Shown piece by piece: positions 27,437 to 36,600 of a stretch of 64,000 nucleotides of DNA. The DNA is taken from positions 1 to 64,000 of IMG/VR virus record IMGVR_UViG_3300042147_000020; one strand, written 5' to 3'. How positions within the stretch are numbered: position 1 is the first letter of the stretch; the number at the start of each line of letters is the position of its first letter. A program made the translations under genes and the position numbers. Under the pieces are notes generated by a model, which was not told the origin of the DNA, searched no databases, and saw nothing but the letters and a program-made list of their open reading frames with translations.

Positions 27437-28828
27437 TTAGTAATCTCGTAAGGCAGTTTTGATGAGGATGAACAGAATTGGAATGTAGTAGAACCGTTCC
27501 AAGTTGTTCCAGCGTTTAGCAGTCTGAACCAAGTTCAGCAACGTAGGCTTGTGCATCGACTCGCCATTCAGTGCACACAGGGTCAAGTGCTCCAGCTTGG
27601 ACTGTAGCAGGGGCTGGTTCTCGTAAAACGCCTGTGACAGCACGTAGAAGTCGCCCTTGTTCACCGGATGGATGTCTGGCAGTGCCTCGAGGCCCACAGG
27701 AGCCTCTGGAGGCGCGTAGTGGAAGCCGTTCAGCTCTTTGCTGACCAACACACGGCGTAGCTCTCTATTGCGCGCTATGCCCGGCAGGAGACGTCCTGGG
27801 ACAAGGGGGTCTTGAACCGAGTACTGGGTATCTACCACGGTGAGGGTAGAACGATCGAGTGGGTACACGACGTCCTGAATCCCACTGTAATAGATGCCGT
27901 CAAACATTGCGGCTTCTTTAAACAACGACGACGGTGAGAGACCGGCTGTTTGGAAGCACAGCTCACGGATGTCAGAGTTCAAGTGAGTCAGACACGTCCA
28001 CAGGTTGTTTTCCCGGTACCGGACGTTACCATCAACGTTCAGCGCACGGATACGCATGATCGTGTTGCTATCGCTGTTGTTCAGAATCGACAGCAGACCA
28101 ATCACCATGAAGGGATCGTAAGTCACGTTCACTTGGTTGGGAACGATCATCGTCTGGTATTCGACGTTGAAGAAGTCAGCGAGGTACTGGAACAGCAAGT
28201 TGGAGTAACCAGCGTTCAGTTGGGAGATCTGATCGAAGTCACTCGACGCCATGACCGGGTTCTGACCGTGGTGAATAAAGTCACGTACAAAGACGGACTC
28301 CTTCACTACTTTCTTAGCCAAGTCATTCTTATACTCGGACGTCAGGTAGTCACGCAGGGTGTAGTCGATCTGGTAACAGGTGTCTTTGAAGATCGCTTTC
28401 TTTTCAGTCCGCGTGATCGTAAACACACCCACACGACCATCGCCAATGTCAGCGAGGAACACGTCCCCGTTGTTTGGCTTGACCCCTGGGTAGAGCGTGG
28501 CTGAACCGGTCACGATGGCGTTGCGGTTGTTCTCGTCTTGTTGGTAGCCCAACTCGGTTTGAACTTTCAGCTCTAAGTGACGAATCAACTTGTACTGTTG
28601 ATAGACCGCTTGCTGGTTCAGTTGCAGGTCGGATGTTTCGTCATCTACGTCCAACACTTGGTTGTAATAGTCAACGGTCCAACTGGCGCCTTCAATGTGA
28701 GTCAACAAACTCGACATCGGAATGTAACGACTGTCCACTACGGCGTTGCGAACCTCAGCGGCAATGGCTACTGGTTCGACAGTGGTTTCCTTCGGTGGGG
28801 CCGAAGGTTTAGCATCCAAGATAGGCAT
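27437..28828 (-). CDS. Virion structural protein (possibly neck/head-closure-like)
   Basis: 463 aa; WTVDYY...ATLYPGVKPNNGDVFLADIGDG. Confidence 0.6.
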   Translation of the reverse strand: MPILDAKPSAPPKETTVEPVAIAAEVRNAVVDSRYIPMSSLLTHIEGASWTVDYYNQVLDVDDETSDLQLNQQAVYQQYKLIRHLELKVQTELGYQQDENNRNAIVTGSATLYPGVKPNNGDVFLADIGDGRVGVFTITRTEKKAIFKDTCYQIDYTLRDYLTSEYKNDLAKKVVKESVFVRDFIHHGQNPVMASSDFDQISQLNAGYSNLLFQYLADFFNVEYQTMIVPNQVNVTYDPFMVIGLLSILNNSDSNTIMRIRALNVDGNVRYRENNLWTCLTHLNSDIRELCFQTAGLSPSSLFKEAAMFDGIYYSGIQDVVYPLDRSTLTVVDTQYSVQDPLVPGRLLPGIARNRELRRVLVSKELNGFHYAPPEAPVGLEALPDIHPVNKGDFYVLSQAFYENQPLLQSKLEHLTLCALNGESMHKPTLLNLVQTAKRWNNLERFYYIPILFILIKTALRDY

Positions 28829-30337
28829 TTACTTGTCCCTTCTGGCAATGATGCCCGTGGCACCGACGGTGAACATACGGCGTGTTTGATCACGCTTACC
28901 TTTGTTAATCATGTCCCAGAACCAATCCTTGGGAATCAACACCCCACCAATGATTGGAATCTTGCTGGTGTCTACTCGAGGGTAGAGGGTCTTGATCAAC
29001 TCGATGGCAAACTCGGGGTCTTTACGGATGCGATCAAGGGCTTCTCGAGTCAAGATGCTCAAGTCCGTCACCAAGCACAGACGTAAGTGTTGCACGTCCC
29101 GCAAGGTCAGTTCGTACGAACTGCGAACATTCAAAGCCGCATCCATCAACACCGTTTCGTCAGGCATCGGTTTGTCCCAACGGTAAAGCTGGAAGTTGAA
29201 CACCGACTGAGTGTACTTGCTGATAAAGGGTGCTTCTTTAATCAGGAACCGCAACGCCGCAGCAGAGAACGCAAAGTCACCGAGGTTATTCAGGTTGACT
29301 AGGTCGTGAGGGTCGTTTTCATCCACACCCAGCAACAGTTCTAGGACAGGACTGGTGCGAGGTACTAGCCAGTTAGGCATCCAATCGTCGAACGAAGGAA
29401 TGCGGTTACGGGCTAGCGGTTGCAACCGTTCTTTATACAGTCGAGTGTAGTAGTCGTACAGGAACCGTTCATTAGAAGGACGGCGGGCACGTTTAACCAA
29501 CTCGTAGACTGGAACGTTAGGACGGAACTTCTCATCGACCATCTGGTTGTGAATGACCACAGGGTAGTGAGCCATCACAGCAACCACCTTGTCGTACATA
29601 AAGGTGTAGTCGAATCCAGTTTCCCACGGTGCACCTTCAGCAGCCTTCTGACCCTTCTCAGGTTGGGCTACGAAGTTAAAGCCTCCTACGATGCTTGCCT
29701 GACGTTCTGCGATTGCCAACAGGGGTTGGGTTCCCGCTTGCGTCCGAAGCGTTGTAGCGCGTCCTGAGATGTGTTCCTGTACCCATTGCTCCAGTGTCTC
29801 GCCGTAACCTGCCACCGTCTCACGCATTGTGAAGATTTGGTGGAGGATCAGGGCGATTGAATCTGGAATTGGGTAGTGGTAGTCAATCTCGTGTAGCAGT
29901 TCAGCACGCCCTTGTGAGGAACGTACACGGAACTCGTCACGCCACTTCTCTGCTTGGGTTCTATCCTGAGCACGGTAACGGAACGAGATGGTTACTTCAC
30001 AAGAAACGTAGACGGGCTTAACGAACACATCAAGGCGTTGATCGTAGAAGACGAACTGAACGTTGTCTTTCTTTACTGCTGAGGTCAGCGTACGGTCTTC
30101 GATGTATTGTTCGTCAGCTTCGATATTGATGCGACCATTGAACGGGAACTTGTTCTGGATGCCAGTATCGGTCAGTGTGGTTTGAGGTTGGAATTGAGAC
30201 TCAGCCATGCCGAAGAACTCAAAGCCAGTATCAGGAGGGAGCCTCATGATCTCAATCAACTGCTTCGCTACCTGAGTAATGGCTGGTCGCGTAATCGAGC
30301 TATACGTTTCTGGAAGTTCAACAACGATGTTAGGCAT
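28829..30337 (-). CDS. Virion structural protein
   Basis: Start moved to MPNIVV at 30337 (GGAG RBS); first gene of the structural operon. Confidence 0.65.
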   Translation of the reverse strand: MPNIVVELPETYSSITRPAITQVAKQLIEIMRLPPDTGFEFFGMAESQFQPQTTLTDTGIQNKFPFNGRINIEADEQYIEDRTLTSAVKKDNVQFVFYDQRLDVFVKPVYVSCEVTISFRYRAQDRTQAEKWRDEFRVRSSQGRAELLHEIDYHYPIPDSIALILHQIFTMRETVAGYGETLEQWVQEHISGRATTLRTQAGTQPLLAIAERQASIVGGFNFVAQPEKGQKAAEGAPWETGFDYTFMYDKVVAVMAHYPVVIHNQMVDEKFRPNVPVYELVKRARRPSNERFLYDYYTRLYKERLQPLARNRIPSFDDWMPNWLVPRTSPVLELLLGVDENDPHDLVNLNNLGDFAFSAAALRFLIKEAPFISKYTQSVFNFQLYRWDKPMPDETVLMDAALNVRSSYELTLRDVQHLRLCLVTDLSILTREALDRIRKDPEFAIELIKTLYPRVDTSKIPIIGGVLIPKDWFWDMINKGKRDQTRRMFTVGATGIIARRDK

Positions 30338-30406
30338 GTCAAAGCTCCAGTAAATGATCATAAGATAAACGGCATAAAGCCCGAGGCGTAAACCTCGGAC
30401 TCTAGC

Positions 30407-30526
30407 CTATTTCTTTTCGTCGAGTGCTTTAAACAGTTTCTTGATCGCGTTGCTGGTATTCTTGGTCCGATAAGCCGAGAGAGTTCTGTTCAGAGCTTCG
30501 GCTGCTTCTTTAGGGGACAGGTTCAT
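30407..30526 (-). CDS. 39-aa basic microprotein coupled to the Tad1-like gene (not in the ORF track)
   Basis: MNLSPKEAAEALNRTLSAYRTKNTSNAIKKLFKALDEKK; ATGA overlap with the upstream stop; ends just before a hairpin. Confidence 0.55.
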   Translation of the reverse strand: MNLSPKEAAEALNRTLSAYRTKNTSNAIKKLFKALDEKK

Positions 30527-30957
30527 GACAGACTGATCCGTCCAGCTTCCAAGTCTTCCATCGCCTGCTTTATCATTGTGGCCTTACGCAGACGATCGGT
30601 ACGGCTGTGTAGTGTATTGATAGCTTTGGTGATGTGTTCCAGAGCTTCACCGTTCTCAGCACACGCGAATGGACCAGACTGACAACCCACCAAGCGGTGT
30701 TCACAGATGGCCAGTAACGATTCCAGTGTGACACCGTTGAAGCCTTCTGCTGGATTACCTTGCTGGAAGAAGATCTCTACCTCTTCCAAAGAATCCACAT
30801 ACATGCGATCGCTGTAGCTGGGGTTCGTACGTAGATCGAAGTTAGTGATCTCGTAATGGTGACAATCCCCTCCAGGACCTGGTTGGTCCTTTGCGGTAAT
30901 GACAAGTGCTTTAGGATCAAGATCAGAGGAGGACACTACGTGTCTGCTTAATTGCAT
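30523..30957 (-). CDS. tad1: Tad1-like anti-Thoeris / anti-CBASS nucleotide sponge
   Basis: GPGGxxHxY, IxFQxG, NGVxxExLLxIxxxRLxxxQxGPFxxxENxxALxHIxxA match the Tad1 signature. Confidence 0.8.
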   Translation of the reverse strand: MQLSRHVVSSSDLDPKALVITAKDQPGPGGDCHHYEITNFDLRTNPSYSDRMYVDSLEEVEIFFQQGNPAEGFNGVTLESLLAICEHRLVGCQSGPFACAENGEALEHITKAINTLHSRTDRLRKATMIKQAMEDLEAGRISLS

Positions 30958-31073
30958 ATAAAAACCCTTAGACGGAATGGGAGAGCTTTAAAGACATTAG
31001 ATACACCCAAGTAGTAAGAAAAAACCAAAAAAAAAAAACACTACTGAACAAGCTAGTGTTTTTCTTGTGTTAC

Positions 31074-31571
31074 TTATTCAGCAACGAAGCCGCGATTAAC
31101 GGCTGGGTTGTCGCCGAGGATTTCATCGAGCACAGCGCCGAACTGAACGGCTGCCAGTTGAGAAGGGTTCAGAGGGTTGATCTGGTTCAGGTTCATGTCA
31201 GCAGTCAATGCCGAACCGCTCAGGACCAACACCCGATCGTGACCATTCGGAATGATACCGAAGTTCATTGGAGGGACGCCGCCAAAAGCGTAGTAGCCAC
31301 CCATCGACGTGTGCGGTTGACGTTGGTATTGCGGTTGAGCTTGTGGTTGTTGGAACTGCTCTTGCTGAGCTTTAACCATGGCCAGAGTGACCGGGTCGAT
31401 CAGCAAGGTGTACCCTTTACCTGCGTCCAGCAATGCGCCGAACTCAGGGTCGATCTCATTGACCGCCGACACTACACGTTCGAACGGAACCTGAATGGAA
31501 CGCTTGTCGAAGATCTGACCGTGTACGAGGTTGGCCATAGGAACGATAGTTACTTTCTTTGCGTCAGTCAT
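31074..31571 (-). CDS. Hypothetical protein with Gln-rich linker
   Basis: Start moved to MTDAKK at 31571. Confidence 0.7.
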   Translation of the reverse strand: MTDAKKVTIVPMANLVHGQIFDKRSIQVPFERVVSAVNEIDPEFGALLDAGKGYTLLIDPVTLAMVKAQQEQFQQPQAQPQYQRQPHTSMGGYYAFGGVPPMNFGIIPNGHDRVLVLSGSALTADMNLNQINPLNPSQLAAVQFGAVLDEILGDNPAVNRGFVAE

Positions 31572-31606
31572 TGCATACTCTCTTGAGTGTGGGTTGTTAC
31601 GAAGGG

Positions 31607-31915
31607 TTAGTTTTTGTAGCCAGGCGGAACACCCAGCTTGTGTTGACGAATCCAACGGTTCACGAAAGCCCGTTGAACCCAACCAAACACGTAGTTAACA
31701 GCAAACAGCGGAACCAGTGCCATAGCACCGAAGTAACCTGCGACTAACATAAACAGCGCAGTACCTATTGTAAACTTGTAGCGATTCGGACAGGTGGTTA
31801 AGAGCAGCTTCAGGGGACGTTGGTCGCCTTTACGCTCGAAGAGGTAGATGCCTCTGGAGACTGTGATGAAGCCCACGATGAACCAGAGGTAGATGAAACC
31901 TTCGAATAAAGACAT
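31607..31915 (-). CDS. Small membrane protein
   Basis: Start MSLFEG at 31915 (AAGGAG RBS); 2-3 TM segments. Confidence 0.7.
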   Translation of the reverse strand: MSLFEGFIYLWFIVGFITVSRGIYLFERKGDQRPLKLLLTTCPNRYKFTIGTALFMLVAGYFGAMALVPLFAVNYVFGWVQRAFVNRWIRQHKLGVPPGYKN

Positions 31916-31925
31916 GGTGTGCTCC

Positions 31926-32195
31926 TTAGCACTTGCCGTTATAGATAGCGTCCAGTTGTGGGTAGAACTTTTCAGCAACGTTGAACTCAACGCGGTTCAT
32001 CGCAGCAGGACCCATCTTTTGCAGACGTTTGGTCAGGGCTTCCAGACCACGTACCAGCTCAGCATTCAGTTCACGGGTAGCGAAGTACTCGTTGAATGGA
32101 ACGCCTTCAATGTGGATCACGTCATTCACGATGTCGTGTGCTACAGCAACTACAGTGTTCAGGGATTCAGTGCGGATCGAAGTATTGAAGTTCAT
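31926..32195 (-). CDS. Hypothetical early protein
   Basis: 89 aa, AAGGA RBS. Confidence 0.7.
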   Translation of the reverse strand: MNFNTSIRTESLNTVVAVAHDIVNDVIHIEGVPFNEYFATRELNAELVRGLEALTKRLQKMGPAAMNRVEFNVAEKFYPQLDAIYNGKC

Positions 32196-32238
32196 GGTGC
32201 GTTTCCTTCTAAGGATTTAAGATTAGGGTATTGCGGTC

Positions 32239-32400
32239 TTACTTCAACAGCGCCATTGCGTCGGCCAGTTTCTGGTCAGCGCTACGGTTGTCTTTCTCTT
32301 GAGCCTTTAATAGGTCTTCGGATTGCTTCAGAGTTTCACGACCTTTCGCCAAGTGTTGAGCGAGGTTAGGGTTGTGTACACCGTATTGAACATTGTTCAT
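32239..32400 (-). CDS. 53-aa helical early protein (not in the ORF track)
   Basis: MNNVQYGVHNPNLAQHLAKGRETLKQSEDLLKAQEKDNRSADQKLADAMALLK; GGAG RBS; first ORF after a TATATTAC promoter. Confidence 0.7.
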   Translation of the reverse strand: MNNVQYGVHNPNLAQHLAKGRETLKQSEDLLKAQEKDNRSADQKLADAMALLK

Positions 32401-32421
32401 TGCGATCACTCCAGAGTTAAG

Positions 32422-32468
32422 TCTAGTCTATTCACTGAAGTAATATATACTTGAGATTTTTTTGATTC
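32422..32468 (-). promoter_or_regulatory. phiKZ-type early (virion RNAP) promoter
   Basis: AAAAAAATCTCAAGTATATATTACTTCAGTGAATAGACTAGA; TATATTAC core; near-identical copy at 51.1 kb. Confidence 0.75.
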
Positions 32469-32479
32469 AGATTACACGG

Positions 32480-32514
32480 GGCATAAAAGCCCACCCCGAA
32501 GAGTGGGCTTTTAT
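32480..32514. terminator. Terminator hairpin
   Basis: ATAAAAGCCCAC...GTGGGCTTTTAT. Confidence 0.8.
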
Positions 32515-32543
32515 TAAGTCGACTGTTTAGTCAGACGGAAGAA

Positions 32544-33845
32544 TCACTTCTTGTCGTCTTTCTTTTTGTCGTCTTTCTTGTCAACGGCCTTGGCGCCGAG
32601 CGAACGCTCAACCAGGGTCAGAGCAGCACGAACGGCGCTGAAGCCAGCGTTGTTCACTTGCAACAGAGGACGGGTGAGGTCCTTGGTCGCACGACGCATG
32701 CCCATGTTGACTTTGGCCTGGGACCAAGCTTTACCCAGCTTGCCGGTTTCAGCAGCTTTCACGAAGGTCTCGGTTTGAGCCAGAGCCTTGTCGCGAGCGC
32801 CTTCCAGCTTGGTCAGGTAAGTACCTTTGGCCATCAGGGTGGTGACGATGCTGTCGCAGTAGTCCAGAGTCTTCTTCAGATCCTGGCCGCTTGGAGCGTC
32901 GATTTCGGTGCCTTCAGCAGCATTGTGCTTCTTGCGACCCAGGCTCAGGGTAGCCTTGGTGGCGTCGTCACCGGCAGCAGTTTGCGAACCGCTATCCATA
33001 GTGAAGTACCAGCCGCCCAGAGCTTCTTTCGAACGCTGGGTAACTTTGGTAGCCACGGTAGCGAACTCGGACTCGGCCTTTTCGACGGCGCTGTTGATAG
33101 CGCTTTCTTCCAGGGCGTTCTGGGTTTTCGGGTCAGCCAGCAGTGCACCCCAGTGGGCGTAGTACTTCTCGGCACCGTTGACAACTTCGGACCAGGAGTC
33201 TTCAACCATGGTGACCAACTGGGCGAAGCCGTTGTTGATCGACGCGATGTCGGACTTGCCCTGATAGTTCAGGACGTCAGGGCTTGGAACCTTGATTTTG
33301 CCTTCGCCGGTGTGGCCGTTTTTCAGGCGGGACTTCAGACCTTCAATGCGGCCTTTCAGTTTCTTGGCACCGCCGATCAGTTTGGCGAAGAAGTTCTTGA
33401 CCGCAGCGATGGCTTTCATCACGGCGTTCTTGATTGCTTGCCAGATTTTCTTGACGGTTTCCTTGATGCCTTCCATCGAGATGGTGGTGGCAGCAGCTTG
33501 GCCGCTCGCGCCGCCGAAGGATTCCAGCGAAGGAGTGATCGAGGAAACAGACAGACCCAGGCGACGGGTGTAGCCGTTGACGGCGTGTTGCATGAACAGA
33601 GCGGCTTGAGGGTTCAGGCCACCGTCTTCCATGCAGCTTTCCATCGAGGCGCAGATGCTTTCCAGGCCTTCGGAGATGTCGCCCAGTTCGGCAACGTCGT
33701 CGGAACCCTGCTCGGATTCGGCAAAGGCTTCAGCGGTTTCAGCGATTTCTTGCTCAACGGTGTCGTCTGGGGAAACAACCAGCTCGGTGTCGAACAGAGC
33801 GTCGTCTTCCATTGAGACGAACAGGGCTTTCAAAGAAGTAGACAT
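32544..33845 (-). CDS. Internal head protein (phiKZ gp93/gp162-like family)
   Basis: Acidic propeptide with many S/A/G-x-E protease sites (VSME, EGLE, ASME, PSLE, ISME) followed by IKETVKKIWQAIKNAV; strong codon bias; start 33845 (AGGAG-like RBS). Confidence 0.75.
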   Translation of the reverse strand: MSTSLKALFVSMEDDALFDTELVVSPDDTVEQEIAETAEAFAESEQGSDDVAELGDISEGLESICASMESCMEDGGLNPQAALFMQHAVNGYTRRLGLSVSSITPSLESFGGASGQAAATTISMEGIKETVKKIWQAIKNAVMKAIAAVKNFFAKLIGGAKKLKGRIEGLKSRLKNGHTGEGKIKVPSPDVLNYQGKSDIASINNGFAQLVTMVEDSWSEVVNGAEKYYAHWGALLADPKTQNALEESAINSAVEKAESEFATVATKVTQRSKEALGGWYFTMDSGSQTAAGDDATKATLSLGRKKHNAAEGTEIDAPSGQDLKKTLDYCDSIVTTLMAKGTYLTKLEGARDKALAQTETFVKAAETGKLGKAWSQAKVNMGMRRATKDLTRPLLQVNNAGFSAVRAALTLVERSLGAKAVDKKDDKKKDDKK

Positions 33846-33921
33846 CAGGAGAACTCCATAAACAATTGTTTGATGCAATGATTGCACATGTGCATAACAT
33901 ACACACAGTCAGGGGTAAAGC

Positions 33922-34491
33922 TTACACGAACTTACCGGCGAGCGCTCTGACGTCAATAGTGGCGTCAGCTTTGGACCGTTTGTCGCGCACTTCACCAAAC
34001 ATAATGTAAAGCGAAACTACGAGATCATTCAGACCACCAGGACGGGAAACCCAAGTCGACACTACGCTGCTGTCGGACGAACCAACTGCTTGCAGGAAGT
34101 CTTGAATGTCTTTGCTCGAGCCGCGATCACGATAATCGTTATTCGGAGAGTGGTTCTCCAGAAGCAGCGCTAACCAGTTCTGGACAGATACCCGGCGCCG
34201 ACCCGTTTGGATAAAGCGCAGTGTGTCGATCAGAAACTCATAGTTATATCCGTACAAAAACGGATTGTTCTTTTGAGTGTTGATAAACAACGGGAAATTG
34301 TTGAAGCAGTTCATTGCTACTTGCAGCACACGCTTCTGATAAGACCAACCGTTATGGTTGACCGTACGTTGCATCATCTGGTCGTAGAGAGCGGTGATGT
34401 CACCGCTACCTGTTACACGAATGATGTCGCTGCGTACTGATGGAGCAATGAATCCACGGGGATACAGATCACCGAAGACTCGATTAATCAT
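33922..34491 (-). CDS. Virion structural protein
   Basis: 189 aa in the head-protein operon. Confidence 0.65.
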   Translation of the reverse strand: MINRVFGDLYPRGFIAPSVRSDIIRVTGSGDITALYDQMMQRTVNHNGWSYQKRVLQVAMNCFNNFPLFINTQKNNPFLYGYNYEFLIDTLRFIQTGRRRVSVQNWLALLLENHSPNNDYRDRGSSKDIQDFLQAVGSSDSSVVSTWVSRPGGLNDLVVSLYIMFGEVRDKRSKADATIDVRALAGKFV

Positions 34492-35380
34492 TGTAGCCCT
34501 CCTCCATCTCCGCGATCTTCTTGTTCAGCTTCTGGACACGACCCTCAGTGTAAGCGATCTCCTGCTCCAGCTTAGCGTCACCAGAGCCACCGTCTTTCAA
34601 AGCCAACAGACGGTATTCCAAAGCACGCTTCTCTTCGATAGCGGCCTTGTAGCGGTTTACCTGCCACTCTGCAATGGACATGCGGATGTAGTAGATAGGG
34701 TTCAGACGCACCGGGATGATGCCGAAGTGGAACGGATCGGTCTTGGTAGACCCGATAGTCGCTTCAACAGCAGGGATGTCGTCCGGAGCCACAACCATGT
34801 CTGGTACGGACTGGAACGAGCTTTGCATCTTGCGGGTGTCGATAGCCAGGATCGCCAAGCACTTGGCGTAGTTATCGCGGTTGTCCCAGATCCAACGCTC
34901 TTCAGCTTTGGACATGGCTTTCGGCAGACGGAAAGGACTGTTGTCGCTGTCCTGTTCTTCGCTGAGAGTCCACAGCAACACCCGACGAGCGTAGCGGCTA
35001 GAGAAGCTAGCGACTTCGAGGTACTGGAGAATGTTGGCCCGCAGGAACGAGATAGACGAACTACCCACGTCTTTGGCAAAAGCTTTGTCGATCAGCTTGC
35101 CCAAGACTTCGAGTTTCTCTTCCATGGTGTTCAGCACTTGCCAACTTACAGTCAGGTAGTTGCCGGACGCTTTCTCGATCGTAGCGATCTTGAGGAAGTT
35201 CTTGTCGTAGTTCAGAGCTTGTTGGCTCTTCAGCTTACCAACGCGATAGAACTCGGAAGCCTCACGCAGAGGAGGCAACGTGATCTCTTTGATCTCGTTA
35301 CGCACCACTTGGAGTTCCTCAGTCAGACGACCCTTCTCGAAAGTCGGCAACATGAGGGAGATGAATTTTTGCAACTTCAT
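34484..35380 (-). CDS. Virion (inner head) structural protein
   Basis: 298 aa with a C-terminal coiled coil; position matches the phiKZ head-protein block. Confidence 0.65.
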   Translation of the reverse strand: MKLQKFISLMLPTFEKGRLTEELQVVRNEIKEITLPPLREASEFYRVGKLKSQQALNYDKNFLKIATIEKASGNYLTVSWQVLNTMEEKLEVLGKLIDKAFAKDVGSSSISFLRANILQYLEVASFSSRYARRVLLWTLSEEQDSDNSPFRLPKAMSKAEERWIWDNRDNYAKCLAILAIDTRKMQSSFQSVPDMVVAPDDIPAVEATIGSTKTDPFHFGIIPVRLNPIYYIRMSIAEWQVNRYKAAIEEKRALEYRLLALKDGGSGDAKLEQEIAYTEGRVQKLNKKIAEMEEGYND

Positions 35381-35395
35381 AGCGCACCCCTGGGG

Positions 35396-36574
35396 TTAGA
35401 TTGACGGGCTGTTGCCCAGTTGGTAGGCCTTGAGGATCTCGGCGACGTCTGGACCTTTGCCTTTGTTAGACACGGCCAGTTCTTTCACGCTGAGTTCGGT
35501 AGGGATGGCCAGGCTGCGGTGATAGAACGTGACGACTTCCCAATCAGGATCGACCACGGCCAGGATCATGCAGTAGGTTTCTTTGAAGATCTTCTCACGG
35601 GTGCGGAAGTCCTTCAGACGGCCACCGACGGTACGTTCCAGTTCTTTCGCGCTGGAGGCGGCCATGACGATGATGTTCGACGCGGTAGCAACCGATGGCT
35701 GACCCGAGAAGATGGCAGAGATGCTGTTGCCTTTACGACGTTCACGGATCTCGGCGTACAGACCGGTTGGGTCTTTGGCCAGAGTCTTCTTGTGGGAGTC
35801 GATCAGATCTTGGCACAGCAACAGGTCACGAACGAATTCGAGTTGCCCAGCACGCCATGCGTGGAAGCGTTCTTTGACAGAGATGTTCTTACTGCCAACG
35901 CTTAAGATATGAACCAGCTCCTTAGAGCCAATGCCGCTACAGATGAGGCGGACATTGATTGGGAAGGTTGCACGGCTGCCCTCGGACTCGATTTGTACTT
36001 CGAGCATTTTACCGACGGAGAGGTTAGTCAACTCACCCAACATCTTGACGGTATCACGACCCGGTGACATGCCAATGCCTGCGCCGAACGGAGCTTCCTT
36101 GTTCTCGGCATCACCGCCAGTTGCAGCACGGGCATAATCGAGAGCACTAGCACTTTCCAGGCTAGCGTTGAGGGCACCAAGACCATCAGGGCGACCAGGC
36201 ACCGGCAGACGGAAACGATAAGCTTCTACCGACTCCATACTTACGACTGTGGCCACACCGTTGCTGACGCCGTTAACGACGTTATCAGCTACATTTCGTT
36301 TTGGGTTGAGCTTGTCCAACAGCTTAACCACGTCCACACGACCAACGTTCACCGAGAGGGCGACCGCTTGCAGGTAGTAACCACTGAACAGCGAAGTCAG
36401 AGATTGCATCAGGTCACCGGCATACGGCAGACTGGTAATCTTCTCGTCCATCAGAACAATGGGTTCGACACGAGTCGGTTGGGTGTACTCGATCAACGAG
36501 CCGGACTTAGCAGCCCGAATCGTATCCGTCAGTTTGCTGGCCATATTAAGGCCAGTCACAATGTCATTCATCAT
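35396..36574 (-). CDS. Virion (inner head) structural protein
   Basis: 392 aa with internal VSME/ASLE cleavage-type motifs; strong codon bias. Confidence 0.65.
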   Translation of the reverse strand: MMNDIVTGLNMASKLTDTIRAAKSGSLIEYTQPTRVEPIVLMDEKITSLPYAGDLMQSLTSLFSGYYLQAVALSVNVGRVDVVKLLDKLNPKRNVADNVVNGVSNGVATVVSMESVEAYRFRLPVPGRPDGLGALNASLESASALDYARAATGGDAENKEAPFGAGIGMSPGRDTVKMLGELTNLSVGKMLEVQIESEGSRATFPINVRLICSGIGSKELVHILSVGSKNISVKERFHAWRAGQLEFVRDLLLCQDLIDSHKKTLAKDPTGLYAEIRERRKGNSISAIFSGQPSVATASNIIVMAASSAKELERTVGGRLKDFRTREKIFKETYCMILAVVDPDWEVVTFYHRSLAIPTELSVKELAVSNKGKGPDVAEILKAYQLGNSPSI

Positions 36575-36600
36575 TTCTGATAATCCCTCGAAGGTGACTT

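Noticed and set aside
31019-31038. Phase-variable homopolymer (also 45428-45439 and 59735-59744)
   Set aside because: These intergenic A-runs lie next to hairpins and are best explained as terminator U-tracts.
32658-33815. 385-aa + strand ORF, and similar ones at 7898-8821, 9612-10460, 18583-19617, 20440-21468, 34394-35404, 42063-43112 and 52100-52885
   Set aside because: All lie opposite well-supported genes; long antisense frames are expected from the strong codon bias.
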